From assembly GCF_009914755.1 (NCBI RefSeq), contig NC_060932.1: a stretch of DNA of 64,000 bases; one strand, given 5' to 3'. The stretch's first letter is position 1; the number at the start of each line of letters is the position of its first letter. The position numbers and the translations under genes are program-made. Shown here piece by piece: positions 59,816 to 64,000 of the stretch. The DNA is from the human T2T-CHM13v2.0 reference genome, Homo sapiens. Below the pieces are notes generated by a model. It was not told the DNA's origin. It made no database searches and saw nothing but the letters and a program-made list of their open reading frames with translations.

Positions 59816-60973
59816 TTCTAGGCCATTTCCCAGTTGTCCTTTGCATTGGGAAATGGGCCAGAAATTTTGCTGCTTCTGGCAGGCTGCCCTCCTAGAATGA
59901 ACAGGATGGTATCCTCAACAGAAACTGCTCAGCTTTCTGAGGCTCGGGAGATGAAAGGAGAGAGAAAGGAGGCGCATTGGCAGGAAGAGCTGGGCCTGAC
60001 TTCCTTGGAAAAGCCAGCCCTGGTGCCAGTCAGTGCCCCACCCACCCTGGGATCCCTGTGGGCCCACAATGGGCCCTCTCTTGGTAATCCAGGGATGATA
60101 AACACATGGTGCAGGCTCTCCAGGGACACATGGCTCACAGAGGGATACATGCAGAGGCAGGATGTGCAGAAGCAGCTATTATAATTCACCAGAGAAGGCC
60201 GGGAGTTCTCCAAAGTTGAGGTGGCACTGAACAAGATTGGCAGGGATTCAGACCTCTCTCCAGCTGGCCTCTGTAGTGGCTCTGCAGAGTCTAGTGGTGA
60301 CTGAATCTACTGCTAAGCCAGATGCATAAACCTGGGCATCAGAACCCCTCTCTGAGCCTTGGTTTCCACCCATAAAATGAGAGGGTTTACAGCCTCTATT
60401 TTAAAATGCGGTAACTCAACACAACTGCCTTTTTCTCTACGTAGCATTGGCAGAGTCATGGGGCTCCAATCAGGCCCAAGGCCAGGCCTTTATTTTTCTC
60501 CTAGAGAGCTCACTCAGAAGTTCATTTCCATGCCCCGTGCCCAAGGCCAGGTCTCCTTGAAATGCAGCCAAAAGCTCATTAAATGTACACAGAAGGGAGA
60601 GCCACTGGGACGTGAGGGCCTGCTCTGCTCAGCATGACCAGCGCCGGGTGTGTAGCTTTCTGTGACCCATCTCCTCCGGCTGCATTTTCCCCACCTCTGG
60701 GGAGCACCTCTGTTCCAGAAGGCTCTGAGTTGGAAACACACAGGATGAATTTGGGCACATGTCCTCAGTCACAAATGCCAACAGAATTGGAATATCCAGC
60801 AAAGTGCTTTCCAGCCTCCTGGTGCCCAGAGACCTGGGAAGCCAGAGAGTGGAGAGTCCAGGGTAGGAGGTAGAAAGAGCCGTGCAGTGGAAACCCAGAA
60901 ACCCAGCTCCAACCCTGACTCAGCCAACCGCTAACTCAGTGCCGTGGACAAAAGAATAATATCAACGTGCTCA

Positions 60974-61126
60974 TGTGCATGTGTGTGCATGTGTGTGCGT
61001 GTGTGTGCATGTGTGTGCGTGTGTGTGCATGTGTGTGCGTGTGGGCATGTGTGCATATGCATGTGTGTGTGTTTGCATGTGTGTGTGCATGTGCGTGTTT
61101 GTGTGTGTGTGCGTGTATGTGTGTGT
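60974..61126. repeat. Compound (TG)/(GTGTGTGCAT)-type alternating purine-pyrimidine repeat
   Basis: About 150 bp of GT/GC/AT alternation; explains the CV- and HT-rich ORFs. Confidence 0.95.
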
Positions 61127-61947
61127 CCCCATGTGCCGGGCCCAGAAAGGAAATATCACTGTGAGTAAAGAAAGAAGCCCTTGTCCTTCTGAGGCTTCCA
61201 CTCAATTATAAGACAAGATGCACAAAAGTAGTGTAGATAAAGTGCAATGGCAAAAAGTAGATGACAACTTTACCTCCAACTACAGGGACTGGGACTGATT
61301 TCCTGGCAAGGAGGCATTTGGGAGAACAAACAAGTGCGAAGTGCCCAGGAGGAGAGGCCAAGGAGGTTTAAAGGCGTGTTCTCAGAACACCAAGTTTAGT
61401 TGACGTCTACCTCCTCTCAGCAACTTTCTACAACAGTGAGTTGACTCCTCCCTATTCTCTGAGACATAAAGCTCATTCCAAACGGTTCAAGGCTTGACTG
61501 TTCATACTTACTGTTGTTGCATTTATATTACCATCAAGAGCATTTGTGATGATCTGCTACCAGGGTGCTTAGTGCGTGTCTTGTCTCTCTAATAGCACAG
61601 TCAGGGAATAGGTCCAATGCTTTCTCTTATTCCCTGCCAGCCTGCCGTGCAATCTCTGGGTTGGAAGGAACCCTGGAAATCATGCTATCCAGTTCCCCAT
61701 CTTCTCTTTCCCGGAGGCCTCTGCAAGACTGACAGGCATACCGTCTGCCTCTTTATTCTGTGTTTGTGCAAAACAGTGTGTTAAAACAGGTTCTGTTTTA
61801 GTATCAGCCGAGGCTCCAAGACACCAAGAGTGACTGCACCCCATTTCTAAGGAAAAGTGAAAGACCACAAAGACTTACACAGGAGGTAGTCAGAAACGGG
61901 TTTTAGGGCCCCAATCTATCCACCACCCGAACTTTAAAGAATTTGGA

Positions 61948-62251
61948 GGCCGGGCGCGGTGGCTCACACCTATAATCCCAGCACTTTGGGAGGCCCAGGC
62001 GGGTGGATCACAAGGTCAGGAGATCGAGACCATCCTGGCTAACACAGTGAAACCCTGTCTCTACTAAAAAAAAAATTACAAAAAAATTAGCCGGGCGTGG
62101 TGGCGGGTGTCTGTCGTCCCAGCTACTCGGGAGGCTGAGGCAGGAGAATGGTGTGAACCGGGAGGCGGAGCTTGCAGGGAGCCGAGATCGCACCACTGCA
62201 CTCCAGACCCGGTGACAGAGCGACACTCCTTCTGAAAAAAAAAAAAAAAAA
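61948..62251 (+). mobile_element. AluY
   Basis: gagatcgagaccatcctggctaaca, agaatggtgtgaacc, gcggagcttgcag; perfect TSD aaagaatttgga (61936-61947, 62252-62263). Confidence 0.97.
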
Positions 62252-62399
62252 AAAGAATTTGGAGCTGGGCTGGGATTAGACAAGAATTTGGGGAGATAGC
62301 TGCCAATCCTTACACTCCCCACCCTTCTGGGGAGAGGCTGTTTCTAACCACCTCAAGCCTAGGTGAAGGGGCTTCCATGAGACCTCCTGGAAGGCTTGC

Positions 62400-62700
62400 A
62401 GCATGTTCCCTGGATCACGGGAGACTCCATCGATTGATGTCTGGCTCACCCTGAGAAATTTAAAGGGCGAGAGATGGCGGCAGGCCAGTTGCGCCGAAGG
62501 TGGAGTGAGACGAGGTGATCGCGTTGAGGGAGACTTGCTTTTCCCGAGTCTGTCAGGGCAAAGCATGTGTGAGTTTCCCATGGAGCAGAACTGGCCTGGG
62601 AGGTGCGGCGCCAGATGCTAGGGGGTGAGGGAGAAGCAGTGGAGGAACGGTCAGAAGAGATGCATGCTCCCAGTCAGGCAAAGGCAGATAAGAGGCGGTT
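62400..62700. promoter_or_regulatory. CpG-enriched unique segment, possible weak CpG island or shore
   Basis: About 14 CpG in 300 bp by manual count; YY1-like gagatggcggc at 62471-62481. Confidence 0.3.
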
Positions 62701-63877
62701 GCTGCAAATTACCCATGAAGGAACCCATGAGGTGAGTCATCTGTCAACCCCAGATGGCTGGAACACCACCAGCGGAGTGAGTCTCTTCCCACCCGCTTCC
62801 CTCCTCTCTTCTCCTCTTGCCCTGGCCAATCCTGGAGAAGCCAAGGGGTGGGGGGAGTATGGAGGGAAAATGGAAGCACCAGGTGAAGCAAATAGAGGCG
62901 CACAGCCCCACAACCCCTTCTCACTGCAGGTGCCAGCCTAATGCAGCAAAGCTGGGAGAGGGAGGAAATTTTCATTTGCAATGTCGATGGGAGGATTTGG
63001 GTCCTTATCCTGGAATGGGCATATTAATTACCAATGGAGACTGGGTTTTTGTGGAAGAAGTAACTGGATCATGTTTTCTTAGATAAGGGCGACAAAAGAC
63101 GTCGTAGAACTTGCCCCACTTTTATTAAGGAGCAGAATAAATATTGCAGAACAAGCTTAACAAGACAGTGGGAGACCAAAAATACGATTCGTTTCTGTTG
63201 CATCCTACAAGTCCCTGCTTGTTCAATATGATGGTGTAATATATACACAATTTCCAAAATTGGGATCATATGCTACATGGTATTCAAATCTTTTTTTTTC
63301 TCAAAGAATAATATATCATGAAGTTTTTCCCTTGGAAGAAAATATTCATCTACAAGTCGAACATACCACCATCTGGACATGCTGTAATTTATTTGCCCAA
63401 TATCGTATTCAATGTTTGCTCTTGCAAATCACACTAAAATCAAATATCCTATGCATAACTCTTTGTTTGATTTGACATATTTGATTCCTTCCTAAGGATA
63501 AATTCCAAGAAGTGGAATTGCTAGACTAATGGGTAGAAACCTTTTTAAGGCTTTTTATCTCTATCATCAAAGAGGTGCAGGATCTCGAAACACGTTTTCA
63601 CTAAGTAGGACTGAGTTGTCCAGAAAAAGCCTGAAGAGGCTGGATACATCCTGCAGTCTGTGTAGCCCCACTCAGGTAGGCAGGGAAGTACGACGGTGAC
63701 TATCGAGGTTATTCCACAGCTATGTAAGGGTAGCGAGAATCGCACCTGACCAAGCCCACACTGTTTTTGCTACTATAAGACACACATACAGAATTCAAGT
63801 GATATTCACGAGAATAACACTTGTGTCGACGCATCTTTTCCTGACTCGCTCAAGGGGTTAATTTCTGGGGGAGGCAG

Positions 63878-64000
63878 CATGGAGAGTATGGTCAAGAGCA
63901 CGAATCCTGGAGTCAGACAGCTTGGCCTTAGCTCCACCATGGACTAAACATGTTACTGGAGCAAGTTACTTCTCTCTGTCCTGAGCTTCCTCATTCATAA
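63878..64000 (+). mobile_element. MIR 5' part, runs off the window
   Basis: tggtcaagagcacgaatcctggagtcagac...gcaagttacttctctctg...agcttcctcat. Confidence 0.7.

Noticed and set aside
60936-61211. His/Thr- and Cys/Val-rich ORFs
   Set aside because: Translation of the (TG)n-type repeat

Overview
Mammalian non-coding DNA, almost certainly hominid and probably human: it carries AluY/AluS/AluJ elements and an L1 3' end with L1PA2 diagnostic bases. I see no credible protein-coding gene. The listed ORFs that I can assign come from Alu, L1, LTR or microsatellite sequence, and none of the rest resembles a known protein. The window is a mosaic of interspersed repeats: about 13 Alu/FLAM copies, many MaLR/ERVL solo LTRs (several with intact TSDs), L1/HAL1/L2/MIR remnants, hAT and Tigger DNA transposons, a U13 snoRNA retrocopy and several STRs. 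The most interesting structure not explained by repeat annotation is three separate local templated insertions. In each, a short stretch from 0.6-3 kb away was copied into an older repeat; two carry fold-back (hairpin) filler and one has an iterated re-copy, resembling scars of template-switch or Pol theta repair. Also notable: a twin-primed L1PA2 inside an Alu linker, an 8.6-kb nested insertion stack splitting one LTR33, and a candidate enhancer motif cluster. I cannot support a novel gene system. Subfamily names and identities were judged by eye from recalled consensus sequences, and the edges of old repeats are approximate.
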